Part shown: in pieces, positions 29,084-38,213 of the stretch
How the letters are laid out: each line of letters starts with the position of its first letter
Position numbering within the stretch: position 1 is the first letter of the stretch
Assembly (NCBI GenBank): GCA_000146465.1
Contig: CP001947.1
Length of the DNA stretch: 64,000 nucleotides
Strand: one strand, 5' to 3'
Made by a program: the position numbers and the translations under genes
The notes under the pieces: model-generated
Seen by the model: only the letters and a program-made list of their open reading frames with translations
What the model was told of the DNA's origin: nothing
The model's database searches: none

Positions 29084-29860
29084 TTACAAAATATCATTCT
29101 CGGGCCTGAGTCTCTCCTTAACAATCTCAAGTAGCTTCTTCACCTCGGAAAGCATAGCATGTGTTGAAATGTATTCCTCTATGACTCTGTGTGCCTCATT
29201 CAAGTCTCCCTGAAGTGCATTACATACCTCCTTCTCATCTCCACTGACATCAAGATCTAGAGGCGTCCCCTCGATGGAATAGCAGAGAAATCCACAGAAG
29301 GTGTATATGTTTTCCTTGAACCCCAAGAATATTTTAGCTGCCTCTCCATACCTTCCAAGTTCTATATACACCTCTGCAATGTCTCTCATTGCCTTTTTCT
29401 TATGATGCTTCCAGCTGCTTCCACAGTAGCACTCAGCAACCTTCTGCAGGCATTCCAGGCATCCCTCGAGATTTCCTTCCTTTCTTAGTATCTCAGATGC
29501 TCTTTGGAAACTCACTGCTGCCAAGCTCTCTCGTCCACATTGCTTGGAATACATCCCAGACTTCTTATATGCCGAAATGGCTTTTTCAGGATATTCATCC
29601 TCACATGTCTGTGCTATCTTCTCATACACCTGCGAAGCTTGATATCTTCCATACTCTCCGTCCTCCATCTCATAGGTCTTTGCCGCCTCCTCGTAGTATC
29701 GTATCTTTTCAGATGTCTCCTCTTCCATATTTCCAATCTCCATGAAAATCTCCGCAGAGCTTTCATAGTCTGGCGATGAAAACAGATTGAATGGAAATGC
29801 TCCCTTTGTCCTCAATTTCTCTGCTTCCTTTAGTTTTCTGGTTTTGGATTCAGCATCCAT
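29084..29860 (-). CDS. SEC17: alpha-soluble NSF attachment protein (alpha-SNAP/Sec17)
   Basis: TPR-like helical repeats (AAKTYE..., AISAYKKSG..., AAKIFLGFKE). N-terminus LSGFEKAEVLKK...F.LF. The track start is TTG. First ATG (MDAESKT...) is at 29860. Confidence 0.7.
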   Translation of the reverse strand: MDAESKTRKLKEAEKLRTKGAFPFNLFSSPDYESSAEIFMEIGNMEEETSEKIRYYEEAAKTYEMEDGEYGRYQASQVYEKIAQTCEDEYPEKAISAYKKSGMYSKQCGRESLAAVSFQRASEILRKEGNLEGCLECLQKVAECYCGSSWKHHKKKAMRDIAEVYIELGRYGEAAKIFLGFKENIYTFCGFLCYSIEGTPLDLDVSGDEKEVCNALQGDLNEAHRVIEEYISTHAMLSEVKKLLEIVKERLRPENDIL

Positions 29861-29966
29861 GGGCCCCTTCCCGTGTGTTTTTTTAAGCACCTCCGCTTTT
29901 TCAAATCCAGAGAGCAACCTGCACAAAACTTTATTTAATAAACATCAATAAATCTATCCTGAAGAC

Positions 29967-30890
29967 TTAATGGGAGCAGAAGGGCTTTCTGCTGAGATTG
30001 TATATTAGTATCCCCACAATACTTATGGCTAATCCTGCATAGTTCAAACTGCTTAGGGTGATATCTTTTGTTACTATTGCATAAAAAATAATTATCAGCT
30101 CCTTAACAATCCCTGCAACACTTAGAAACACAACACCGGTTTCCGAAACAAGCATGAACTCTGCACATAGTAGCGTAAATGATAGGACCCCGCAAAGAGA
30201 AATATACCCAAAATTTCGTAGGGCAGCATCAAACGTGTTGAAAAACCTAGATGTTGCTATCTCCATGAGACCTTCAACATGCAAAGAAATTAAGAGGAGG
30301 AGGAACGATATGGGAAGGCAAAGGTCCCTTATGGTTACAAGAATTCCTTCCTTCCGGACTTCCTGATTTCTAATAAGGTATTGGACAAACGCCCATCGGA
30401 ACCCTGCCATCAAAGAAGCAAACGAGATGGTTCCGAATCCAATAATATCAAAGCTTGTGTTTTTTATTGACGTGAGAAACACTCCCACGCCAATGGTGAA
30501 TATCGTCAGAAAAAACGTTATCGATGGTTTCTCGATCCCAAGTGCAAATCCAAATAACAGAATAAACACCGGAGAAGAAGACTTCACCATTGTGTAGAAT
30601 GCAAGGGTTGCCGACCTTAGAGATATGGATGAAAGGCCTATGTCTGTGGCTCCTGCAAGGGCACATGGAAACGAAGGCCCAAAGTAATTAGGCTTTGGAG
30701 CTTTTTCCTTCTGAAACCTCAGGGCTGTGGATGCTCCGAAAAAATGGATCAGGTTCTGCATGGACGCCTTGAACAAGGGAAAGGAGAAATTGTATGTCTT
30801 TTTGGAAAGCAGAAACGATGTTAGATATCCCAGGCTTAATGACAGAACATAATACATGAGCACTAATCCCAGTACTCTGATTCTGTTCAT
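29967..30890 (-). CDS. TPT: triose-phosphate/sugar-phosphate transporter family protein (TPT, DMT superfamily)
   Basis: About 8-10 TM helices. TPT signatures ATLAFYTMVKSSSPVFILLFGFALGIEKPS and NYAGLAISIVGILIYN. ATG confirmed. Confidence 0.8.
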   Translation of the reverse strand: MNRIRVLGLVLMYYVLSLSLGYLTSFLLSKKTYNFSFPLFKASMQNLIHFFGASTALRFQKEKAPKPNYFGPSFPCALAGATDIGLSSISLRSATLAFYTMVKSSSPVFILLFGFALGIEKPSITFFLTIFTIGVGVFLTSIKNTSFDIIGFGTISFASLMAGFRWAFVQYLIRNQEVRKEGILVTIRDLCLPISFLLLLISLHVEGLMEIATSRFFNTFDAALRNFGYISLCGVLSFTLLCAEFMLVSETGVVFLSVAGIVKELIIIFYAIVTKDITLSSLNYAGLAISIVGILIYNLSRKPFCSH

Positions 30891-31016
30891 TCCTCTTGAG
30901 TGTATTTTCTTTGGAGAGTCTTTTCTTCACAATGTTTCAAAGCCCCATCCAATCACATTGTTGTGTCTGGAACAAATGAATTCTGGTTTCTATAAATATG
31001 TTTTTTTTCCTAGGCC

Positions 31017-31210
31017 CTACCTCTCAAGCCAATCGGCTTTGATCAAGTGTAGTATCTGTTCTTGCCAGTGTAAGAACTGGCATTATCCGTAAGGATAAAT
31101 TCATCGAATTTTTGGATGGCAGGGTGATGTAGAGGAGCTTGAGCGCTTGCGTTTCGGCCAATCTACTTGAGGTCTGCAGGCTTCTGGGCTGTAGAGCCTA
31201 GGAAAAGCCG
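31017..31210 (+). ncRNA. U2: U2 spliceosomal snRNA
   Basis: GGCUUUGAUCAAGUGUAGUAUCUGUUCUUGCCAGUGUAAGAACUGGCA is near-identical to the universal U2 5' region (branch-point interaction GUAGUA, stem IIa). Stem-loop I AAGCC-AAUC-GGCUU. Sm site AAUUUUUGG at about 31107. 3' stem-loops then a T7 run at 31211-17. Confidence 0.85.
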
Positions 31211-31268
31211 TTTTTTTGTAATGTTTTCTGTTCTATTTCTTTTATCCAAGGATCCCCAACTCAAAGAA

Positions 31269-32072
31269 ATGAAGTATGCGGAGATCATCATAGGGCCTCC
31301 TGGAAGCGGGAAGTCTACCTATGTCATGAATAAAAAGACATGGCTCTCCCATAGAAGTCCATACACAATAAATCTTGATCCGGGGAATTCCAACTCCAAG
31401 GAGTTTGACTATTCGATATGCTCCATCTCGTCGTCTTCGGTATATCAAGAAAAACATGATGTTGGGCCTAACATGTCCACAAAATGCATTTTAGAGGAAT
31501 TTGTTACTCGTATCGATGAGTTCTTCCGGGAGAACATTGAAGATACAGACCACTACGTCCTAATAGATTTTCCAGGACAGGTGGAATTTTTTATATCCAG
31601 CGATATTCCCAACAGAATCATCAGATATCTTAAAAGAAATGGATATTCGGTTGTGGTTTTGAATCTTATCGACCTGGTATTCTTCTCGAACAGTCACTCG
31701 CTGGTTTCATCGTATCTAATCTCGACATTGTGCCTCTGTCTTCTTGAGTCGGCCCAGATCAACATCATCAGCAAATGCGACAATTGGAAAAGTCTTGAGA
31801 TGGAGTATCCGTTGGAAGAGATTGCATCGTTGGAATGTCTAGAGGAGATTCCGAGGAAGAAAAAGTTGTATAGTGAGATGATCTCTTTTGTCCTCAACCA
31901 AGGACTGCTACTGTATGAAATCCTGGACTATGACAATCCAGACTCTGTTCTAAATCTTCAGGTTGGCATAGACAGAGCAAGCGGGTTGTTTTTTGAAGAC
32001 AACTACTTTGACACCGAGAAAATAACAAGGATTCCTTCCAGAGATGAGGTTTTCTCAAAATACAAATCCTAA
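31269..32072 (+). CDS. GPN-loop GTPase (XAB1/Npa3 family)
   Basis: P-loop IIIGPPGSGKSTY. GPN-like LDPGN. The track start is upstream run-through. In-frame ATG (MKYAEIIIGPPG) is at 31269. Confidence 0.65.
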   Translation: MKYAEIIIGPPGSGKSTYVMNKKTWLSHRSPYTINLDPGNSNSKEFDYSICSISSSSVYQEKHDVGPNMSTKCILEEFVTRIDEFFRENIEDTDHYVLIDFPGQVEFFISSDIPNRIIRYLKRNGYSVVVLNLIDLVFFSNSHSLVSSYLISTLCLCLLESAQINIISKCDNWKSLEMEYPLEEIASLECLEEIPRKKKLYSEMISFVLNQGLLLYEILDYDNPDSVLNLQVGIDRASGLFFEDNYFDTEKITRIPSRDEVFSKYKS

Positions 32073-32387
32073 TAAAACTTATAAGTAAGCTTTTTGTTTT
32101 CATAGTATTTGGGAGTGCAAAAGAAATACCCTTCTCCAAAGCTACGGAACAAGGACAATTCCTACTTCTGCCATTTGGAGGCACAAAAAGAGCTCCAAGG
32201 AAACATGAGCCTAATGAGCTCATGTGCCATGGAGTCATACATTTTCATTTAGAGTTTTTACCACAAATCCAGTTTACCCAGAAACCGATCAATGGATAGT
32301 ATATCTCTCCATATGCCTATTTGCCATCTAAAAGGGAAGGAAATTCTGATTGGTGATATCTAAGAAGATATAACATCAATTAAAAAG

Positions 32388-33152
32388 ATGTCCATGAAAA
32401 GTATTCCATACGATGGCGATCTCGAGATGAGTGAAGAACAGGATGAAACCAATGTGTCTGTAACGATGCCTAGAGAAACCATGGAAGACTCTAGGTTTTG
32501 TAAGATTTGCTACTCATTAAGAAACCCAATAAATATGAAGGACGACTTAATTTCTCCTTGCAATTGCAAAGGATCCATCGGGCTTGTCCACGGGGTGTGT
32601 CTGAAGATGTGGAGATACAGAGGTAAAAGAATCAAGGACATAAGAAAGTGTGAGCAATGCTCTTCATTCTATAAGCTGGACAACGAAGTAGTCCCCCACA
32701 GGATTGTTGTCTCGCTTGCAACTATCGGTGTCTTAGTCCTAATATACCTGGTGTCGACCATCTTGTTTAAGTCGCTGGTCGATGCATTTGCCATAATAAT
32801 AAGAGACTTCTTCTTTACAGATGGCCATGGATTGGTAGACCTTGAGATGGGAAGAGGCCGAGGCCTTGACTATGTTTTTTTTCAAAAGCAATCTTTCACA
32901 GAATACAAATTTATTGAGACAAATGGATTTATATATCTTTTTATCACAGTTATGCTCTACCAGATCTTTTCAAGACTAAGTTTCTTTTCGATATTCAACT
33001 ACATGTTCACATTTTGGAGGCTAAACCAATTTGACTTCGCAGTAGACAAGATTCTCTTTGGATTTATGTCTATGTATTACATGAAGAAGGCATACAACGA
33101 CATCTACAGTAGGGTTGACTCCGGGCTTATCTTCTTTCTGAACTATAAATAG
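32388..33152 (+). CDS. RING-CH (MARCH-type) E3 ubiquitin ligase, membrane-anchored
   Basis: C4HC3 RING-CH (CKICY...PCNCKGSIGLVHGVCLKMW...CEQC) followed by TM helices. Confidence 0.7.
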   Translation: MSMKSIPYDGDLEMSEEQDETNVSVTMPRETMEDSRFCKICYSLRNPINMKDDLISPCNCKGSIGLVHGVCLKMWRYRGKRIKDIRKCEQCSSFYKLDNEVVPHRIVVSLATIGVLVLIYLVSTILFKSLVDAFAIIIRDFFFTDGHGLVDLEMGRGRGLDYVFFQKQSFTEYKFIETNGFIYLFITVMLYQIFSRLSFFSIFNYMFTFWRLNQFDFAVDKILFGFMSMYYMKKAYNDIYSRVDSGLIFFLNYK

Positions 33153-33236
33153 AGACGGCATAGCTCGGGATGCTTCATCACAATTAAACTATCTTTTCTA
33201 ATACAGTAGACATCTAGAAAACACTTTATATCCCTG

Positions 33237-33797
33237 ATGTTTGTGCTAGTTGAGACGGTGTATTTTATTCTCTTGCCAATAGTAACAGTTGCTTCTCACA
33301 TGTTCATGAACAACCTGACAAGACACGGACACATACCCCAAGGAATATCAAAGAATAACTATCAGTATTTTTACGCATACGGCCTGATTCTATCATTGCT
33401 ACTACCGATGAAGAACATCTATCCACTTCATCTTGGACGTAGGCTTGCAGAAACCAAGGTTTTCAAATACTCTAATAGAAGCAAAATGAGTATCCTGCAC
33501 TTTATTCACGGGCTGTTGTATTACACATTCGTTTGTGCACATCTTAGGAACAAGAGAATTGGAAACGTATATGTGTTTCTATTTCTCAATATCCTTCAGC
33601 TGGTTTCCCACTACTATGTCTTTGTCCGAAAGACGTTTGTGTACACCCATTACATTGTTGAGGTGATGATATACGGATTTATTTGTTGGGAAGTTAGAAC
33701 AATACAAATGCTCTTCAATTTGCTGTATGTATTGTCTTTTGTATTTTCGACAATTATGAACAGAAGGACTTGCAGAAGTAAGATATTTTCCAAATAA
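33237..33797 (+). CDS. hypothetical multi-pass membrane protein (186 aa)
   Basis: ATG-initiated. About 5 hydrophobic helices. No family recognised. Confidence 0.45.
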   Translation: MFVLVETVYFILLPIVTVASHMFMNNLTRHGHIPQGISKNNYQYFYAYGLILSLLLPMKNIYPLHLGRRLAETKVFKYSNRSKMSILHFIHGLLYYTFVCAHLRNKRIGNVYVFLFLNILQLVSHYYVFVRKTFVYTHYIVEVMIYGFICWEVRTIQMLFNLLYVLSFVFSTIMNRRTCRSKIFSK

Positions 33798-33811
33798 CGA
33801 ATATCCCCGTG

Positions 33812-34774
33812 ATGGATTTCAATCTTCTTAACCAAAAACTAACAGGGAAAACCGAGGTAGGACTTCTATCCACAGAGGATTATAAGCATATGATCAAAGA
33901 TGTTTATGACTACATAAGAGAAAACCATCCCCGTATAGACACATTTCTACTTCATGGAGAGGGTATACTCTGCCCTTTAAAAGCTCGGAGTTTTGAATTT
34001 TTCGTGCTTCTTGGAGTTTATTGCCCTATCCATCCTTTTAAGGACTTCATAAGTATAGAAACACACATGTCTCAGGAAGACAAGAACAATCTGGAGTCGG
34101 ACTCTCGGTGTATAGTTTATGATTCAAGCTATGGAGTCCTTTCCTTGAAAGAGTCTGAGGAAATGTATTCCAGAGATGTTCTTGTGGTGACTAGGAATCA
34201 AATGTTCTATGACTATTACCTCTACAAATATAATGCCAGGTCTTTCTACGAATTAGAAGGGCGAGACCGAATGCAGTACCTTGCATCTAAATGCAACAAA
34301 GGAGAGATGGTTCGGGATCTGCAGGTATTTGCAATAATATTTACATCGAGGGTCTACGAAGAGTTGGCAAGGTCAATAAGGAAAAAGCTTATTTCCAGGC
34401 GTAAGAATGCATACCTCCTGTTTCTAAAGGATCTTTCGTATGAAAGAATGATAACAATAGAGGGAACCGAATGCATTGTGATTGTTGATTGCCCTTTCTT
34501 TGAGTGTTCTCTTGAAATGCACATTCCTGTTGTAACGCCTTTTGAAGTTGAGTATGCGCTTTCCAGAGAGTGGAGAAGATTTGATAAAAACTCATTTCGT
34601 GTGGAGGATGAGGCTACGAGCAACTGCAAAGAACTGGATCTTGTGGAAAGAGCCGGGAAGATTCTACTAAGATCTTCTGGACAAATTGTTCCGTTTTCCT
34701 ATGAAGAAGAAGACATGGATATCCATAGCGGAGAAAGTGGGATTGCATGTAGGTACGACCATGAAGGCGTGTGA
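33812..34774 (+). CDS. hypothetical protein (321 aa); weak resemblance to the diphthamide-synthesis DPH1/2 family
   Basis: ATG is the second codon of the track ORF (GTG-ATG). Cys-containing blocks (SSYG..., IVIVDCPFFECS) are reminiscent of DPH2, but not decisive. Confidence 0.5.
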   Translation: MDFNLLNQKLTGKTEVGLLSTEDYKHMIKDVYDYIRENHPRIDTFLLHGEGILCPLKARSFEFFVLLGVYCPIHPFKDFISIETHMSQEDKNNLESDSRCIVYDSSYGVLSLKESEEMYSRDVLVVTRNQMFYDYYLYKYNARSFYELEGRDRMQYLASKCNKGEMVRDLQVFAIIFTSRVYEELARSIRKKLISRRKNAYLLFLKDLSYERMITIEGTECIVIVDCPFFECSLEMHIPVVTPFEVEYALSREWRRFDKNSFRVEDEATSNCKELDLVERAGKILLRSSGQIVPFSYEEEDMDIHSGESGIACRYDHEGV

Positions 34775-34904
34775 AGGGCTAACAATAGAGGAGGCTATGG
34801 GCAGTATTATTTTTGTAGTAGGACATGTTTTTTGGATAGAAAAAGGTAGCAAACAAACATATGGTATAATTTAAAGATAAAAACTTTTGGCGATCAAGAT
34901 TCCA

Positions 34905-35441
34905 TTACTTTTTAATCAAGGATCTTATTGAGCGGAAAACATTTACAATCACCATTGATGGCTCGGATTCCTTGATTTTCTTGGAACCCTTCTTCTTCGG
35001 GGCACTCTTATGATTGGCCATGAAGGCTAGATATTTAATACCGAAATATATCAAGTCGAGTGCTAACAAGCCAACCACAATGGACATTAAAATTACATAA
35101 AGATTGTTTCTGAAGTTCTCTTTTCCCCCAATATATAGGTATGAGTTGGCAAGTATAAAGTCATATGCAGGTTTTTTGTTTTTCAAGATGTTGTAAGCTT
35201 CAGTCAGGAGAGCTACAGCATCCTCTCTTTTCTCGATGCCAGGAATAGGTCTCGGGCGCTTCATCATTTTTTGGTATAGCTTCTTTACAGTGTTGATAGA
35301 TGTGTTTTCTGATACCCCAAAAACCTCGTAAAAAGTGCTGTACTTTGTCTGTTCGTGAAGCCTTTTGATGGCCATAAGTGTGGAGTTAAGATCTTCTGGA
35401 ATTGCCATTGCAAGTGCTACAAAAAGAGACAGATACTTCAT
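34905..35441 (-). CDS. J-domain-like membrane protein (degenerate; no HPD)
   Basis: Signal/anchor MKYLSLFVALAMA. J-like helix pattern (FYEVFGVSENTS...LYQKMM...AYNILKN). C-terminal TM. Confidence 0.45.
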   Translation of the reverse strand: MKYLSLFVALAMAIPEDLNSTLMAIKRLHEQTKYSTFYEVFGVSENTSINTVKKLYQKMMKRPRPIPGIEKREDAVALLTEAYNILKNKKPAYDFILANSYLYIGGKENFRNNLYVILMSIVVGLLALDLIYFGIKYLAFMANHKSAPKKKGSKKIKESEPSMVIVNVFRSIRSLIKK

Positions 35442-35486
35442 CTGGGGTTACAAACAAAATCAAGGAATTTACTCAAGGCCCTAAAA

Positions 35487-35927
35487 ATGTCCGGAATAAT
35501 TTATGAAAACAGGGGAGTAAATACGGAATACACGGATGTCTTTTCTAGCCTGGTAGAAGACCTGAAGAACGATGTTCTATCGTTACAACTCACAAACTTC
35601 GATGACGTAAACCATTTGTACAAGACAGAAGGAAGATGCTCTATGAATGTAAAGGATCTGGAGGATTACACAGAAAGCACCCAAGTAAAGAATATCGATT
35701 ATAATGGCCAAAAATACATTTTCATGAGAGCCATCAGTGATGATGCACAACCTTCTTTGATATTTATCAGCGTGGATGGAGACGAAAGAGGACGAAAAAG
35801 AGGACTGCTGGTGACATCCTTCTGTGAAATCCTCAAGATGATTGTTACTTTCGATTATCAGGTTGCCAACAGCGTAACAGCCAGGATCTTCAAGGTTCTT
35901 GAAGAATATTCTTGCGAAGAGGAGTGA
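35487..35927 (+). CDS. hypothetical protein (146 aa), possible longin/SNARE-like fold
   Basis: In-frame ATG (MSGIIYENRG...). The track start overlaps the neighbouring gene. Confidence 0.4.
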   Translation: MSGIIYENRGVNTEYTDVFSSLVEDLKNDVLSLQLTNFDDVNHLYKTEGRCSMNVKDLEDYTESTQVKNIDYNGQKYIFMRAISDDAQPSLIFISVDGDERGRKRGLLVTSFCEILKMIVTFDYQVANSVTARIFKVLEEYSCEEE

Positions 35928-36004
35928 AGGAAAAAGCCTTTAGAATCCTTCATGATTAAATATTCATGATATTTATATGCCCATTGGTACATTTATTAGG
36001 CCTT

Positions 36005-36961
36005 ATGAGGATAACATCGTTCAATGTTAACGGGATCCGCTCCTTCAGTAAGTATATAATGAAGAGCCACAGGCTGAGGTTCAATGATTATGTCAAGGAA
36101 ACTCTCAAGGCAGACATTCTATGTGTTCAAGAAACCAGAGGAAACAAGAATGCCTTGAATGAGTTCCACTCTCTCAAGGACTACATCACATTTACAAGTA
36201 CAAACAAGAGAAATAGTGGAAGGTCGGGTGTTTCAACAATTGTATCAAAAAAACTGTATTGTCGAGGGATCCTCCCCTCGCCATTTTCGGAAGAAGGGAG
36301 ATCGTTGCTAACCGACCACGGGGATTACAAGGTCCTGAACCTGTATTTCCCCTTTTTCGACGAGAATTCCGGGAAGGATAAATCCGAAGTGATTAAGTTT
36401 TATAATGAAGTTGGGAGGTTTATTAGGATGCATGAAAACATGGTTATCTGCGGGGACTTTAATGCAGTATATTCGATTGTGGACCATTACCAATTCTACA
36501 ATGAACTTCTACGTATACAACGCATGGGGAGGACGGGATGGACGAAGGAAACAAGACGAATGAAGAAATGCCCGTCCAAGACCGAGCTTCCTTATGAATT
36601 TTGCAGTGAAGATGCATTAGAAGCCTATTTCTTTGAAGTACAACAAAGAAAGTGGCTAAAGAATCTAGTGGACTCGGGGGAGTATATAGATACTTACAGG
36701 ATTCTGCATACAAGGCCTGAGTCGTACACATGCTGGAACACCATGCTTAACCTGCGCCCTCGCAACTTGGGTACGAGAATAGACTACATTCTTATTCCAT
36801 CGGGTTTCTTCTACAAGCTCAAGGATTGCGATATACAACCTAAGATCTACGGAAGCGACCATTGCCCAGTGTACGCAGAGATGGATTTTAAGATCACAGA
36901 CGATGGAAATAACATCCTAGACAAAAGAAAAAACAACATACTTGATTTCTTTGGGTCCTGA
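36005..36961 (+). CDS. AP endonuclease, exonuclease III family (APE1/Apn2-like)
   Basis: MRITSFNVNGIR...DILCVQETRG...ICGDFN...YTCWN...GTRIDYIL...SDHCPV. An alternative ATG 13 codons upstream (35966) adds a hydrophobic leader. Confidence 0.8.
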   Translation: MRITSFNVNGIRSFSKYIMKSHRLRFNDYVKETLKADILCVQETRGNKNALNEFHSLKDYITFTSTNKRNSGRSGVSTIVSKKLYCRGILPSPFSEEGRSLLTDHGDYKVLNLYFPFFDENSGKDKSEVIKFYNEVGRFIRMHENMVICGDFNAVYSIVDHYQFYNELLRIQRMGRTGWTKETRRMKKCPSKTELPYEFCSEDALEAYFFEVQQRKWLKNLVDSGEYIDTYRILHTRPESYTCWNTMLNLRPRNLGTRIDYILIPSGFFYKLKDCDIQPKIYGSDHCPVYAEMDFKITDDGNNILDKRKNNILDFFGS

Positions 36962-36981
36962 AACAAAAATGACAGTCCTAC

Positions 36982-37539
36982 TTAAACAGCCTTCCTTATG
37001 TTTTCAGAAACTATGTTTAGATGATTTCCATTAATCTTCCATAGAGAACAATTGGACAGTACTATAATCGCACCCACCTTCAATCCAAATTCGTCAACCA
37101 CTCTCTGGGAACAAGACCCGTATATGGAGTCGCTTTCGTCTACTAGCTCTAAACAAGCTACATCTCCTCCAAACATGTCTAGTTTTTTGATTATCCCTGT
37201 AAACTCTCCTTCAACCTTATACTTTTTGCTTTTCTTTATTTCATCTATGTCCATTTTGGCCTGTATTTCTCTTCTTATCTGCTTTAGTACATTAAAATCT
37301 AACTTCATGATGTGAAGCGGCGTAGAAACTTGGGAGGATGTAAGCTCATGGATATCTTCTTCATCTTCATCTAAGGTTTTTTCGACTTCCTCCTGGTTAA
37401 ATGGGTTATGTGGATCTTCGTCAGACAGGTCTTTAGATGCGGTGTCGTCCATAGGATGGTCACTATCATTTTCTAAGGAACTTGCTTCGTCTCTCTCTTT
37501 TGTTTCTGTGTTTCTAATCTGTGAAATTAACTCGTCCAT
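36982..37539 (-). CDS. hypothetical acidic protein with possible C-terminal OB-fold (185 aa)
   Basis: ATG confirmed. Acidic N-terminal half. No family recognised. Confidence 0.45.
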   Translation of the reverse strand: MDELISQIRNTETKERDEASSLENDSDHPMDDTASKDLSDEDPHNPFNQEEVEKTLDEDEEDIHELTSSQVSTPLHIMKLDFNVLKQIRREIQAKMDIDEIKKSKKYKVEGEFTGIIKKLDMFGGDVACLELVDESDSIYGSCSQRVVDEFGLKVGAIIVLSNCSLWKINGNHLNIVSENIRKAV

Positions 37540-37591
37540 ATAAGCAATGGTAATTGAAGGGATTCTATCTAAAAAGAATTTGGAAACTGAT

Positions 37592-38122
37592 TTAATGTCT
37601 CTTTAGCAAGGACTGATCAAATAGGAACAAACCTACGCCTTCTCCTCCACATCTTGTGCAGTTGACATATAAGTCGTTGAACTCCGAAATAGATTCTACC
37701 TGTTCGGCGATAAAATCCTCCAAGAATTGGACAATGGTCTCATCTCCTGCTTTTGCAGCTATTTCAGAAATAGTCAATATATTGTCAAGCACAGTCTGCT
37801 CAAACTCTTTGGAGGCCTTGAGAATATCACTTGTCTTTTCATACTTCTTTATGTCTGGAGCCTCTATGGTCCTGAACTCAATATTCAATCCTCTCATGTT
37901 CATAAAGTCAATGATTTTTTGTGCATGTTCGTTTTCCTCAAGACTGTTTTTCTTGAAGAAGCCAGCCAGTCCTTTGAGGCAGACATTGGGGTCTTCAAAA
38001 TGGGCAGCACATGCAGTGTAGAAGTAAAATGCATTGTACTCCAATAACAATTGAGAAGAGAGGAGTAGGCCTGCTTCCATTTTCCATTCATCAGTTGAAG
38101 CTTCTCTTGTCTCGGGATTCAT
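37592..38122 (-). CDS. ferritin-like protein
   Basis: Four-helix ferritin pattern. AAHFEDPNVCLKGLAGFFKKNSLEENEHAQKIIDFMNMRGLNIEF... and the C-terminal FLEDFIAEQVESISEFNDLY align with eukaryotic ferritin H/L (E-x-x-H ferroxidase region, FLE..FL.EQV). Anchored to the internal ATG (MNPETREA...). The track start 38290 would overlap Rqc2. Confidence 0.7.
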   Translation of the reverse strand: MNPETREASTDEWKMEAGLLLSSQLLLEYNAFYFYTACAAHFEDPNVCLKGLAGFFKKNSLEENEHAQKIIDFMNMRGLNIEFRTIEAPDIKKYEKTSDILKASKEFEQTVLDNILTISEIAAKAGDETIVQFLEDFIAEQVESISEFNDLYVNCTRCGGEGVGLFLFDQSLLKRH

Positions 38123-38213
38123 TGTATAGTAAACAAATATGTTGTTAAGAGTAGTTTCATCTTCTTTGAGATGATACTTACTCCAGAAATATTTGCAGAA
38201 AGAAAGAGCCCTG

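Noticed and set aside
30856-31092. 78-aa ORF and the 79-aa ORF 31242-31457 (track)
   Set aside because: They overlap the U2 snRNA gene and its flanks. The sequence is low-complexity, and the RNA gene explains the region.
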